A stretch of 64,000 bases of DNA from Candidatus Parcubacteria bacterium (GCA_026004495.1 BPJG01000001.1:496527-560526); one strand, 5' to 3'; counted from the stretch's first letter, positions 10,097 through 21,098 are shown. Notes: generated by a model not told the origin, from the letters alone. Numbers and translations are program-made.

Positions 10097-13000
10097 TTAA
10101 AAATAATCTCTTAAATAATATTGCTAAAATATCTTGATAGTTTAATTGTTTTTTTTCAATGGCATCCATCTTTTTTTCTAATTCTTTAGTAAAATTTTCA
10201 TTTATTATATCAGAAAATGATGAATTTAGGTAGTTATAAATATTTTTACCTTGATTAGTAGGTATAAGATATCCCTTTTTGATTATGATATATCTTCGTT
10301 CAATTAATGTTTGGATAATACTCGAGTAAGTAGATGGTCTACCTAAATTTTCTTTTTTCATTTTATCAATTATTGAAGCATTGGTATAAAGTAATTCTTT
10401 AGAAAATCTATTAATTTTTAAATCATTAATAACAAATTCACCTGGTTGAATTTTAAATGGATAAATATAAGAATATATTTCATTAAAACCATTTTCAATT
10501 ATTTCTGTTATTACTTCTTTTTCATCTTCAATTAAAACTTTGTTTTCAGATATTAATTTAAATGATATTAATGTCTTTTTTATTTTTATCGCTTTACATT
10601 GTGATGCTATAAATCTTTTTAAAATTATACTATATAATTTTAAATGTTTATTAGAAAATAATTCATTTTGGTTAATAATAGACTGTTCAATAACTTCCTC
10701 AACAGATAAAGCTTTTGTTGGCCTGATACATTCATGCGTTCCTGGTTTTCCCCAACTTCTTTTTTGACTTAAATGAAGCTTATCTTTTTTATTAAGAAAT
10801 TCATAAGCTATTTCTTTACCTAAATTAGATACATAAGTTGAATCAGTTCGATGATAAGTTATTAAACCTCTTTCGAATAAATCTTGAGCTAAGGACATAG
10901 TTGTTGGTAGATCAAATTTAAGTAAATCCCACGAATATTTTAATAAATCACTTGTTTGAAATGGGGGTGGGGGACTAACAATTTCTATCTTAGATTTTAA
11001 AAATTGAATTCTAACTAATAAGTTATTTTTTAATTTTCTAATTTTTTTTACTAAATCAATATTTTCAGTTTGTATATCATAATACTGGTTACCGAAGAAA
11101 AATCTAATTGAATAAATTTTATTTACTCTTCTTTCTAATTCTCTACTAATAATCCAACCTAAAACAGGAGTTTGAACCCTGCCTGCAGATAAATTTAAGT
11201 TTTTAAATTCTTTTTGTATTTTTTCACTTAAAGAAAAACCTATCCAACGATCAGCAATTCTTCTTGTTATTTGAGCACAAACTAAATCTAAGTTTAATTT
11301 TCTTGGTTGTTTAAATCTTCTTAAAAATTCCTCTTTAGTAATTTCATGAAGTTCAATTCTTTTAATATTTTTATTATAGGGATATAGATAGATAAATAAA
11401 TCAAAAGCAATTTTTTCTCCTTCAGTATCTGGGTCAGTAGCTAAATATATTTCTTGAACATTATTAGCTAAATTTTTTAAGATTTCAATTAAAAATTCTT
11501 TATTCAAAAAATTATTATTATTACAAATAGGACAGATATTATCATCAATATCTATATGACGTTGACAATTCAAACATATTTTTAATGGCTCAAATATTGG
11601 TAAAAATTCTTGGTTATCTTTTTTTATTCCATAATAACCCTCTTTATAAACCAAATCGACAAAATGTCCTAAGGTAGCAATAATATTGATTAAATAATTT
11701 CCTAAACTTACTTCATATACCCAAAAATTACGATATATTTTTTTAGCAGGTTTACCAAAAAAATTAGCAATTGTTTTAGCTTTGGTTGGAGATTCAACTA
11801 TTATTAACGCAGTTTTAACTTGATCTTTGGGTAATATTTTTTCTTCCGTTATTATCTTTTTTATCAATTCTCGATCTTTATCAACAAGTTCAATAGTTTT
11901 TTTAAATTCTTCTTTGCATTCTTTGATATTCATAAAATTTATTTTGTAGCCTATTAATTTCAGTTTATTTTTTAAATTATCAAAAATTTTTTTATCTTCA
12001 ACTAATAAAATACTTAATCCTTGGGTTAATCCAAGAGGGAATAATCTTGATGTTCTACCTGAAGCCTGAATATAACCCTTAGGATCAGAAATTAAAAGAA
12101 AAAATTTATCATTTTCTTTAATTACTTTTAAATTTTTATCTTTTTCTATTTTTTCGAAGAAATTTTTATCTTGGAATAATTTTCTTAATTTGTTTTGTAT
12201 TAATTCAATTTTGTTCTTTAAATTTTGATTTCTTAAAATACTTTCTTCGTTTAAAAAACTATATTTTTTTAAAAATTTTATGTCTTTAAAAAGATTATTA
12301 TCTTCTAAATATTGTTGAAAAGTTAAAATCATCATTAATAAAATTCTAGGTGTGTAAGTTATGGTTAGTGGTATTTTAAATTTAGGTATCCCTAGAAAGA
12401 TAGCATAGCGAATAACATGAGGTAAATCTATTCCTCTGGTTAATGGATTTCGAACATTTGAAAAACCAACGACAACATCGATTTCACCATTTTCAAATAA
12501 TTTTATATTTTTAGAATTAAATTTTTCATAGGATATAAATTTAATATTATTTTTTTTTAAATAATTAAAATATTTAAGTAAATCTTCTTTATTAAAATCA
12601 TCAGCCAAGAATACAAAACCTCCTTTTTTTAAATATTTTAGCCATTCAATTGATTTTTTAAATAATTTATCTTTTGAATTTACTTTATCATAGAAATCTA
12701 CAATATTTCTTAAATAAGTATTAGAATTTCCTATTTCAAAATTTAATAGTTCTCTAAATAAATTAATCCTTTTTGTTCTAGGAGTAAGAGTAGCAGAAGC
12801 TATAATAATTTTTCCTTTATTTGATAAATTAATATTTTCCTTAAGTTTTTCGCTCAATTGGTAATCCTTTTTTCTTTTTGAATCTATTATTTTTATTGTC
12901 ATCTCAATATCATTATTGCTGAAACCAATTAGTTGTAAAACTTTATCAATGTTTCTAGGTTGTCTTATCATTGAATCAGCATCGTCAATATAAACTAAAT

Positions 13001-13595
13001 TAAAATTTTTAGGTAGAAGATCAAAATTTTTATGTAAGAATTGGGTGGTTGTAATTAAAATATCATAGTTATTATTGCTAATTTCAATTTTATCTTCGGG
13101 TTTTTTAATAGCTAAGATTTTTATTTCTTTATTTTTATTAAATAAATTAAATTTTTTTTCAATTTCACTAACTAAAATTTTTGTTGGTACCAGATAATAT
13201 ATTTTGTTTTGCTTTAAGATTTCAATATTAAAAAGTGAAAATATTATTCCAAAAGTTGATTTACCAAAGCCTGTGGGAGCAATTATACTGAAACTTTCAC
13301 CCTTTAAAGCTTTCTTTGCCCAATATAGTTGTAAATTAAAGGGTTGATAATTTAATGTTTTTTTAAAATACTTTTTAAATAAAAACAGATCTTTTTCTAT
13401 TTTACAAAAAAAATAACTTTCCCTTAAATCTTGACAATTTTTTGATTTCAAGAGTAATTTTTGATAATTTAATCCAAATTTTCTATAATCATTTAAACAC
13501 TCTTGAAATTTAAGTATTTCTTCAATATTAGCTCTATTTTTATCTAAAGGACAAATTTTAAGATATTCCGCATTCAGTTTATTAATTTTATTCAT
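10077..13595 (-). CDS. rgy: reverse gyrase
   Basis: SF2 helicase-like domain (APTGFGKS, IDDAD, QASGRTSR) fused to a topo IA domain (VESPTKAKTI, CLNC..CPIC, DPDTEGEKIA, SAGRVQTP, catalytic ITYHRTD, GRPSTY); 1172 aa. Confidence 0.96.
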   Translation of the reverse strand: MNKINKLNAEYLKICPLDKNRANIEEILKFQECLNDYRKFGLNYQKLLLKSKNCQDLRESYFFCKIEKDLFLFKKYFKKTLNYQPFNLQLYWAKKALKGESFSIIAPTGFGKSTFGIIFSLFNIEILKQNKIYYLVPTKILVSEIEKKFNLFNKNKEIKILAIKKPEDKIEISNNNYDILITTTQFLHKNFDLLPKNFNLVYIDDADSMIRQPRNIDKVLQLIGFSNNDIEMTIKIIDSKRKKDYQLSEKLKENINLSNKGKIIIASATLTPRTKRINLFRELLNFEIGNSNTYLRNIVDFYDKVNSKDKLFKKSIEWLKYLKKGGFVFLADDFNKEDLLKYFNYLKKNNIKFISYEKFNSKNIKLFENGEIDVVVGFSNVRNPLTRGIDLPHVIRYAIFLGIPKFKIPLTITYTPRILLMMILTFQQYLEDNNLFKDIKFLKKYSFLNEESILRNQNLKNKIELIQNKLRKLFQDKNFFEKIEKDKNLKVIKENDKFFLLISDPKGYIQASGRTSRLFPLGLTQGLSILLVEDKKIFDNLKNKLKLIGYKINFMNIKECKEEFKKTIELVDKDRELIKKIITEEKILPKDQVKTALIIVESPTKAKTIANFFGKPAKKIYRNFWVYEVSLGNYLINIIATLGHFVDLVYKEGYYGIKKDNQEFLPIFEPLKICLNCQRHIDIDDNICPICNNNNFLNKEFLIEILKNLANNVQEIYLATDPDTEGEKIAFDLFIYLYPYNKNIKRIELHEITKEEFLRRFKQPRKLNLDLVCAQITRRIADRWIGFSLSEKIQKEFKNLNLSAGRVQTPVLGWIISRELERRVNKIYSIRFFFGNQYYDIQTENIDLVKKIRKLKNNLLVRIQFLKSKIEIVSPPPPFQTSDLLKYSWDLLKFDLPTTMSLAQDLFERGLITYHRTDSTYVSNLGKEIAYEFLNKKDKLHLSQKRSWGKPGTHECIRPTKALSVEEVIEQSIINQNELFSNKHLKLYSIILKRFIASQCKAIKIKKTLISFKLISENKVLIEDEKEVITEIIENGFNEIYSYIYPFKIQPGEFVINDLKINRFSKELLYTNASIIDKMKKENLGRPSTYSSIIQTLIERRYIIIKKGYLIPTNQGKNIYNYLNSSFSDIINENFTKELEKKMDAIEKKQLNYQDILAILFKRLFLNENNKF

Positions 13596-13675
13596 TCAAA
13601 TTTTATTTAAATTTTAAATTATTTTAAAATTTAGTTTATAATTATAATATAATCTAAAAATTTTTACTATTAAAA

Positions 13676-14482
13676 ATGAAAAAAATCAAGAATTTAAAAT
13701 TTAATGATCCATATAAAAACAATCCCTTGAATATTACTTTAGTTCCCATAGAAAGTTTAGAGGTAATTTCTTACCAAAGAAAACCTAGCCAATATCATAT
13801 TAAGCATTTAATTAATTCAATTGAAAGAATTGGTTTTATTGTTCCTCTGATAGTTGTAGCTAGAGAAGATAGATATATTATTATAGATGGACAACACAGA
13901 TTTCTAGCAGCTAAAGAATTAGGAATAAATAAATTACCAGTAATAATTGTTCCTGATTATCTAGCTAAATTAATGATTAATTTTAATATTGAAAAAGAAT
14001 TAAACATTAGAGAAAAATCACATGTTGCCTTAGCTGTTTATCAGGAATATCTACAAAATAAACCTGATATAATTGAGTCTGATCCTGAAATAATAGATGC
14101 CTTAGAGCAAGCTTATTATATAACTTTAGGTATTGCTTACCAAAAATCAGAAAAAGTAGCAGGTAGTTCATTTGAATCTATTTTGAAAAAATGTGATTTC
14201 TTTTTAGACTTTAAAATTAATGAAGCTTATAGTCTAAGAGAAAAAAGGGCAGAAAAAATTTTAATAGCTAATAGTTTAATAAAAGAAATATCTCAAAAAC
14301 TAAAAGAAATGGATAAATGGCATCCTTATATTTATAATCAAATTATTTCTTGGGCTAATCCTTATAAAAAGAGAAGATTGCCTACTGAATTTGATGATTT
14401 ATTTAATGAATTAATAGATAATTTACAAACAGCCAGAGAAAAACCTCAAATAGTTATTACAGAAAATAAATTATATTTTTAA
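13676..14482 (+). CDS. ParB/Sulfiredoxin N-terminal domain protein
   Basis: SIERIGFIVPLIV, IIDGQHRFLAA; no parA nearby. Confidence 0.8.
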   Translation: MKKIKNLKFNDPYKNNPLNITLVPIESLEVISYQRKPSQYHIKHLINSIERIGFIVPLIVVAREDRYIIIDGQHRFLAAKELGINKLPVIIVPDYLAKLMINFNIEKELNIREKSHVALAVYQEYLQNKPDIIESDPEIIDALEQAYYITLGIAYQKSEKVAGSSFESILKKCDFFLDFKINEAYSLREKRAEKILIANSLIKEISQKLKEMDKWHPYIYNQIISWANPYKKRRLPTEFDDLFNELIDNLQTAREKPQIVITENKLYF

Positions 14483-14683
14483 TTTTTCGAAGTTAGACTT
14501 TAAAAGTCGCTTTCGACATTTTGTGCATACCCTAATCCTTTTTCTGTTTGGAAGTTTTAACCATTGAATATTAGGATATTGGAAATAGGTAGTTGTTGGA
14601 TTATATTTACTTCTTGTTTTAATTCTTTTTGTTGTTTTAAATCTACCCTTTTGACAAATTGAACAAAAAGATTTTTTACTCAT
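14471..14683 (-). CDS. rpmB: 50S ribosomal protein L28
   Basis: CSICQK...QYPNIQ...RVCTKC, Zn-type bL28. Confidence 0.85.
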   Translation of the reverse strand: MSKKSFCSICQKGRFKTTKRIKTRSKYNPTTTYFQYPNIQWLKLPNRKRIRVCTKCRKRLLKSNFEKLKI

Positions 14684-15980
14684 TTTCTATTGTTATTTTA
14701 ATTAAAGCATTATTAACTTCAATATCATCTAATTTTAAATTATTTTTTAAATAGTTCAAGATTTCATTTTTTTTATTTTCATTTGATTCTTTAATTATAA
14801 TCAGCAATTTTTTATTTTGAAAATCTAAGCCTTCAATTTGGTATTCTTTAAGATTATTTAAAATTTCCAACTTTTTGTAGATACTTAGATTATCATTAAT
14901 TTTTGTTAAATTTGTTAACAGTGATTTTAATTTTTCTAAATTTTGTGACTCATTTTTAATCGTCGAGATTTCATTAGTTATTTTATTTTTTTCTTTATTA
15001 AGATAATTATTAAGCAAGATTAAACCAGTATTTATTGTCAGGCCTAAAAAGATGCTTAAAATTAACCAAATTTTTAAACTGTTATTTAAATTATAAAGAT
15101 TATATTCTTTCTCAAAATTATAAATGTTTAAATTTAATTCAGAAGATAAATTGTCTTTTAAATTTTTTATAATATTTAAGGAAGCAATTTCAATTGTATT
15201 TAATTTTAATTCTTTATTAACATTTATAATTTTTAAATTTTCAATTTCTATATCTAAACTTTCGTCATTTAAATTGAAAATTATATCAATAGGGTTTATA
15301 AGTGACCTCATAGAAGAAATTATCATTCTTTCTATTATTTCTTTTTTATTATCGGAATCAATATTTTCTCCTAAAATATTTGTTATAAATCCATTTTCAT
15401 ATGTACAGATAGTTAATATGTTATCAGCTAAGATAGATATTAAATAACTTTTATCAAAAGCTAATGCATATTTTTCCTTTATAAAATTCAATATTGGAAA
15501 AACTATTAATTGAAATTTTAAGGGAATAAAATTATTTAGTAAAAGTTGGTTATTTATAATTTCTAAAATTTCTTTTTCAAAAAATAGAACCAAGGTGTTT
15601 TCATAAAGATTAGGATTAAAATAACTTTTCCATAAGTATCTTTCAATGTTGATAGGTAATTCTTCTTTAATTTTATTTTCTATAAGATTTTTATTTTTTT
15701 CCTTATTCAACTCGGGAATATTAAATCTTTGAATAAAAAATTTAGGAATATTTAAAATGATATTTATTGGTTGAGGTGGATAAGTTTTTTTGATGGTTTT
15801 TAAACTTTCTTCTATATTTTCTTTTACAATCAATTGCGAATCACTGATAAAATTTTTATTAAATTCTATCTTATTAATAATTTTTAATTCTTTTTTTGTT
15901 TTTTTTATTTCAATTAAGGTTAATTTATTGGCCGAAATAGTTAAAACTAAATTTTGGGGTTTAATAATAAACTTCTTCAT
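14676..15980 (-). CDS. divergent PilM-like protein with C-terminal TM and PilN-like tail
   Basis: N-terminal pattern resembling PilM (FFIQRFNIP...EELPINIE), then one TM segment and a coiled coil; highly diverged. Confidence 0.45.
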   Translation of the reverse strand: MKKFIIKPQNLVLTISANKLTLIEIKKTKKELKIINKIEFNKNFISDSQLIVKENIEESLKTIKKTYPPQPINIILNIPKFFIQRFNIPELNKEKNKNLIENKIKEELPINIERYLWKSYFNPNLYENTLVLFFEKEILEIINNQLLLNNFIPLKFQLIVFPILNFIKEKYALAFDKSYLISILADNILTICTYENGFITNILGENIDSDNKKEIIERMIISSMRSLINPIDIIFNLNDESLDIEIENLKIINVNKELKLNTIEIASLNIIKNLKDNLSSELNLNIYNFEKEYNLYNLNNSLKIWLILSIFLGLTINTGLILLNNYLNKEKNKITNEISTIKNESQNLEKLKSLLTNLTKINDNLSIYKKLEILNNLKEYQIEGLDFQNKKLLIIIKESNENKKNEILNYLKNNLKLDDIEVNNALIKITIENE

Positions 15981-15984
15981 ATTT

Positions 15985-17523
15985 TTATTCTAAATACCAT
16001 TCTTCAATTTTAACAAATTTTTCGCTTGGATCATTCAAATAATAAACATTAAAATTTTTTAAATTCCTAGGTAAGATATATGGATAATAAGGATTAACTA
16101 AAAAAATAATAGGAAGTTTATTGATTTTTTCATCTATTTCTATTAATATTTTTGAAAAATTATCCCTTGGTCCTATTTCTAATTCTTGGATTAATTTAAT
16201 GATTTCTGGATAATTTTCCTTTGTTAGATTAAATACTGAATTTTCTTCAAAAAAATATCTCAAGTCAGGAATAAGTTTGTATGAAATTCCATAAATTAAT
16301 CCCTCATAATCACCCTTAGGAATAATTTTATTATTTATTTCATTTATATTTCTAATTTCAATTTTTATTCCATATTTTTTTTGAAAATAATTAGCTATTT
16401 TATTTATTAAATAATTATCGGGAATTATTATTTTAAAATCATATTTTTTAGAATTATAATTTTTATTTTCAACTAATTGGCTAGGAGATAACAATAATAT
16501 TTTTCTAATTGAAGGCGAGAAAATACTATTAGAGACTTCGAAATATTTATTATTAAATATTTCTTTTTCTAATTCTGTATAATTTATGTTTTTTTTAAAA
16601 TCTTCAATTTCACTTTGCTTAATTTTTTCAGAATTAAAGAAAATAGCAATAATTCTTGGTATAATAATATTTTCTATTTTTAAAGTTCGACTAATATTAT
16701 TTTCAATAAATTTTGGCATTAGACCACCAATAGCATTAATTTCTTTTATTTTTAATTTTTCATAAGCCTCATTTGTATTAGGATATATAAAAACATAAAT
16801 TTTATTTATATAAGGAAATGGTTTGTAATATTTATTTCTTATGAATTCAAGTATATTATTGTTTTTTCGATAAAAAATAAAAGGTCCGCTTGAAATCTTA
16901 ATGAGTTCTTCGTCTTTATTTTTCCAATCATCTGGTTCATATTTAGACCAAATTTTACTCGGGATAATTTTTATTTGAGATAATTTTTGGATAAATAAAT
17001 TATCAACTGTTGGTAATTTAAAAATTAATTTGTAATTATCAATTTTTTCTGCTTCTATATTATCGAAATAAAATCTCGAGGGATTATTAGAATATACCTT
17101 GTAATAATATAGGCTATCTAAAACATCTTTGGTATTAATTCTTTCGCCGTTACTCCAATAAGCCTCTTTAAGTTCAATTTCATATTTTAAACCTTTATCT
17201 ATCTCAGTAATTTTCTTAGCTAACTCTAATTCATATCCTCCGTTTCCACTAGGTCGAACTAAGCTATCATAAATTAAATTTACTAACATTCTTTCACTTT
17301 GATTTTCAGCTAAAAAAGGATTTAATGTATTTATTGGTTGATAAATTCCTTCTTTTAAAATTCCATTATATTTAAATTTTTTACCAAAAATTTCTTTATA
17401 AAAATATTTCACAGAAAATATAATTAAAATAAAAGATAAAAAAACAGAAATTAAAATTATTAATTTTTCTATTTTGTTTAAATCTTTTATTAATTTATAA
17501 GTTATTAAAAAAAATTTCCGCAT
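15985..17523 (-). CDS. ABC transporter substrate-binding protein, family 5 (peptide/nickel)
   Basis: TLNPF, LIYDSLV, ELA, WSNGERINTKDV, SSGPF. Confidence 0.85.
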   Translation of the reverse strand: MRKFFLITYKLIKDLNKIEKLIILISVFLSFILIIFSVKYFYKEIFGKKFKYNGILKEGIYQPINTLNPFLAENQSERMLVNLIYDSLVRPSGNGGYELELAKKITEIDKGLKYEIELKEAYWSNGERINTKDVLDSLYYYKVYSNNPSRFYFDNIEAEKIDNYKLIFKLPTVDNLFIQKLSQIKIIPSKIWSKYEPDDWKNKDEELIKISSGPFIFYRKNNNILEFIRNKYYKPFPYINKIYVFIYPNTNEAYEKLKIKEINAIGGLMPKFIENNISRTLKIENIIIPRIIAIFFNSEKIKQSEIEDFKKNINYTELEKEIFNNKYFEVSNSIFSPSIRKILLLSPSQLVENKNYNSKKYDFKIIIPDNYLINKIANYFQKKYGIKIEIRNINEINNKIIPKGDYEGLIYGISYKLIPDLRYFFEENSVFNLTKENYPEIIKLIQELEIGPRDNFSKILIEIDEKINKLPIIFLVNPYYPYILPRNLKNFNVYYLNDPSEKFVKIEEWYLE

Positions 17524-17528
17524 TTAGT

Positions 17529-17750
17529 TTAAGAAATTAGAGCTCTTAAATATGATAATAATAAGAAGAGAACAATTATTATCCAAGTTAAATAATAAAT
17601 ATATTTTTCTAATCCCCTTCTTTGACTAAATGAAAAACTTCCTGAGAATCCAAAAATAGTTCCCAAGCTTTCTCCTCTTTGTTGTAGAATAATAAGAATT
17701 ATTAAGATAATAGCGTTAAAAATTATTAAGATATCTAAAAAATTAATCAT
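17529..17750 (-). CDS. secG: preprotein translocase subunit SecG
   Basis: ILQQRGESLG..FG...RRGLEK; two TM segments. Confidence 0.9.
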   Translation of the reverse strand: MINFLDILIIFNAIILIILIILQQRGESLGTIFGFSGSFSFSQRRGLEKYIYYLTWIIIVLFLLLSYLRALIS

Positions 17751-18994
17751 TTTTTAGGAATTGGTTTATTTCTTAATCGACGATGATAATTAATTGTTAA
17801 TTTATGAATTTTTTTATCAATGTTTTTTATTAATTGACCTAAGGCATGTGGCAGTAAATTTAAATTTATTGATTTATTTTTGCCATAAAAAATATTTTCT
17901 GTTGGTTTGGCTATACTAATAATTTTAACATAATTTTCTAAGTTATTCTCTTGAAGTGCTTTAAGGGCATAATTGAATTGAGCCTTACCGCCATCTATTA
18001 GAATAATGTCAGGCAAAGGCCAATCCTCATGATTTAATCTTCTTTTTAGTATCTCGTATATCATTTGTGGATCATTAATATTTTTGGTAAATTTAATTTT
18101 AAATTTTCTAAATGAATTTTTTTGATATTTTCCTTCCTTAAAGGTAGCACAAGTACCAACCATTATTTCACCTGACCAATGAGAAACATCATAAGCTTCA
18201 ATTAGTAATGGTAGCTTATCGATTTTTAATAAATTTTTTAATTCTTTTCCAGCTTTAAGATAGTAATTATTATCATAATCGGTTATTAAATCTTTATGAT
18301 TCATTAGTTTATTAATAGCTATTATTTCTTTCTTAACTTTATTAGCTTCTTCTAATTGGTTGTTTATTATTAATTTTTCTAATTTGTTTAAGAGTGATAT
18401 TTTTATTTTTTTTAAGTCACCTCTTAATATTTTTACTATTTTAATAATATTTTTTAGATACATTTTTTTATCTCCCCCTTCTCCTTCCTTGCAGCACCAA
18501 CCATAACATAATCCTATTGTAGAATTAAGACAAGATGATTTATGTTTTTTTAGGCAAGTACAAAATGGAATTTCTTTTCTAATTATTTTTAATATTGTCT
18601 TTAATGATGATCCTTCGGTAAAAGGACCAATAATTTTTAAAATATCATATTTTTTAGGTTGATGGGTGATAATAATTTTAGGGTAATCGTTTTTAGTAAT
18701 AACTAAATAAAAATAATAAGAATCATCTCTTAAGAGATTATTATAAGGAGGGTCAAATTTTTTTATCAATTCTGCTTCCTTTAAAATTGCTTCAACTTCT
18801 GAATTTAACTCTAAAATTTCTATTTTATTTGTATCCTGTAAAAGGTTATTAATTTTTATATTTTTATTTTTAAAATATTCAGCAATTCTCTTTTTTAAAT
18901 TAATAGATTTCCCTACGTATAAAATTTTATTATTTTTATCTTTAAAAATGTAAACACCTATTTTTTCAGGGATTTTATTTATTTCTATTTTCAT
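17747..18994 (-). CDS. uvrC: excinuclease ABC subunit C (short form)
   Basis: GIY-YIG (GVYIF..LYVGKS..L..R), Cys cluster, EAYDVSH, PDIILIDGGKAQ; no C-terminal HhH. Confidence 0.9.
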   Translation of the reverse strand: MKIEINKIPEKIGVYIFKDKNNKILYVGKSINLKKRIAEYFKNKNIKINNLLQDTNKIEILELNSEVEAILKEAELIKKFDPPYNNLLRDDSYYFYLVITKNDYPKIIITHQPKKYDILKIIGPFTEGSSLKTILKIIRKEIPFCTCLKKHKSSCLNSTIGLCYGWCCKEGEGGDKKMYLKNIIKIVKILRGDLKKIKISLLNKLEKLIINNQLEEANKVKKEIIAINKLMNHKDLITDYDNNYYLKAGKELKNLLKIDKLPLLIEAYDVSHWSGEIMVGTCATFKEGKYQKNSFRKFKIKFTKNINDPQMIYEILKRRLNHEDWPLPDIILIDGGKAQFNYALKALQENNLENYVKIISIAKPTENIFYGKNKSINLNLLPHALGQLIKNIDKKIHKLTINYHRRLRNKPIPKK

Positions 18995-19017
18995 AAAAGA
19001 ATTTTATAATATTTAAA

Positions 19018-19635
19018 ATGTTAGGTAAATTAATTATAATCGAAGGCATTGACGGAAGTGGAACTACAACCCAGTCTAAACTATTATTTAAATATTTAAA
19101 GGCTAATAAAATAAATTCAATTTTAACCAAAGAACCTTTTAATAAATATCTAGTTAATTTAATTAAGAAAAATAAAGAACCTATAATAGATTTATTTTTA
19201 TTTTTAGCTGACAGAAGTATTCAGTACTCGAAAGTAAGACAGTGGCTCAAAGAAGGAAAATGGATAGTAAGCGATAGATCTTTCCCTTCAACTTTAGTTT
19301 ATCAATGGTATTTAAATGAGAAATTAAAAAAATTGATTAATAAAAATTTAATAATAAAATTAAATAATCTAAGCCAATTTAATATTCAACCAGATATGGT
19401 TATAGTTTTAGATATTAATCCTCAAGTAGCAATTAAAAGATTAAAAAATAAAATTAAGAAAAGTAAAATAAGTAAATTTGAAAAATTATCTTTATTAAAA
19501 AACCTTTCACAGGGATATCTTTTTTTTGCTAAAAAATTAAATTGGAATGTTATAGATGGCAATTTATCAATTAATGAAGTTCATAAAAATATTTGTCAAA
19601 AAATAATTAATAAATTTAATCTTAAAATTAAATGA
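19018..19635 (+). CDS. tmk: thymidylate kinase
   Basis: EGIDGSGTTTQ, KEP, SDRSFPSTLVYQ, QPD. Confidence 0.92.
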   Translation: MLGKLIIIEGIDGSGTTTQSKLLFKYLKANKINSILTKEPFNKYLVNLIKKNKEPIIDLFLFLADRSIQYSKVRQWLKEGKWIVSDRSFPSTLVYQWYLNEKLKKLINKNLIIKLNNLSQFNIQPDMVIVLDINPQVAIKRLKNKIKKSKISKFEKLSLLKNLSQGYLFFAKKLNWNVIDGNLSINEVHKNICQKIINKFNLKIK

Positions 19636-21068
19636 ATTTTAATATATTTATAGGATTAGAAATTCATCTAGAATTAGCTACTAAAAGCAAAATGTTTTGT
19701 AGTTGTCCCAATATTGCTGATGAAATTAGACCTAATTTTAATATTTGTGAAGTTTGTACTGGCCAACCTGGAGTTTTACCCGTAGTTAATAAACAAGCTG
19801 TTATTTTTGCTCTTAAATTAGCTAAAGCTTTAAATTGTCAAATAAATAAAATAAGTTACTTTGCTAGAAAAAATTATTTTTATCCTGATTTGCCCAAAAA
19901 TTATCAAATTTCTCAATATGATTTACCCTTAGCCTTTAATGGTAATTTATCTTTTTATTTTAATGAAGAATTAAAAAATATAAGGATAAAAAGAATTCAT
20001 CTCGAAGAAGATACTGGTAAATTATTGCATCTTAGTAATTATTCATTAGTAGATTTTAATAGATCTGGGGTGCCTTTATTAGAATTAGTAACCGAACCAG
20101 ATATTAAATCAGCTGAAGAAGCTAAATTATGTGTAGAAGAATTGATTACAATTATTAGGTATTTAGAAATTTCTGAGGCCAATCCTGAAAAAGGACAAAT
20201 TAGATTTGAAGCTAATATTAGCCTTTCTACTGATAATAATTTAGGAACTAAAGTAGAGGTTAAAAATTTAGGTTCTTTAAAATCTTTAAAGGATGCTATT
20301 AATTATGAAATTGAAAGGCAAAAAAATTTGATTTTAAGAGGAGAAAAAATTAATCAAGAAACAAGAGGATTTGATGAAAAAAAAAGAACTACTTTTAGCC
20401 AAAGACATAAAGAAACTTCAGAAGACTATCGCTATTTTCCTGAGCCCGATTTACCTTTTTTAGAATTAGACGATGATTTTATAAAATCAATCCATCTCCC
20501 TGAGCTGCCTAATCAAAAAAGAGAAAGGTTTATAAAAGAATACAATTTATCATTAAAGGAAATAAATATTTTAACTAAAGATAGATTTGTCTCTAATTTT
20601 TACGAAAAAACAATATCAGAACTAAAAGAAGAGATAGATAATAATTTTGAAACTCGATTTGTTTATAATCTTTTAGTCAATGATATTTTTGGTTTACTTG
20701 AAAAATATAATCAAAATTTATTAACTATAAATTTTTCTCCCCATCACTTTGCTCATTTAATTTCAGAATACTATAAAGGTAATTTAAATATAAAATTGGT
20801 TAAAAAAATATTAACTGAAGTAATTGAGCATAATCATAATGTTGAAGATTTATTAACAAAACTTAATAAAATTGATGATGTACAAGAATTAACAAAGTTA
20901 GTAGAAGAATCAATAGAGAAAAATTCTCAAGCTGTCCAAGACTACAAAGAAGGTAAAAAAAATGCCCTTCAATTTCTTGTAGGTTATATAATGAAAAAAA
21001 CTAAAGGTCAAGTAGATATAAATATACTTAAAGATTTATTGATTAAAAAATTAGAAGAAAATTTTTAA
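19632..21068 (+). CDS. gatB: Asp/Glu-tRNA amidotransferase subunit B
   Basis: IGLEIH, RKNYFYPDLPK.YQISQ, HLEEDTGK, DFNRSGVPLLE, DYRYFPEPD. Confidence 0.97.
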   Translation: MNFNIFIGLEIHLELATKSKMFCSCPNIADEIRPNFNICEVCTGQPGVLPVVNKQAVIFALKLAKALNCQINKISYFARKNYFYPDLPKNYQISQYDLPLAFNGNLSFYFNEELKNIRIKRIHLEEDTGKLLHLSNYSLVDFNRSGVPLLELVTEPDIKSAEEAKLCVEELITIIRYLEISEANPEKGQIRFEANISLSTDNNLGTKVEVKNLGSLKSLKDAINYEIERQKNLILRGEKINQETRGFDEKKRTTFSQRHKETSEDYRYFPEPDLPFLELDDDFIKSIHLPELPNQKRERFIKEYNLSLKEINILTKDRFVSNFYEKTISELKEEIDNNFETRFVYNLLVNDIFGLLEKYNQNLLTINFSPHHFAHLISEYYKGNLNIKLVKKILTEVIEHNHNVEDLLTKLNKIDDVQELTKLVEESIEKNSQAVQDYKEGKKNALQFLVGYIMKKTKGQVDINILKDLLIKKLEENF

Positions 21069-21098
21069 TTTTTAAAAAAATTTTAATTTTTAAATTAA

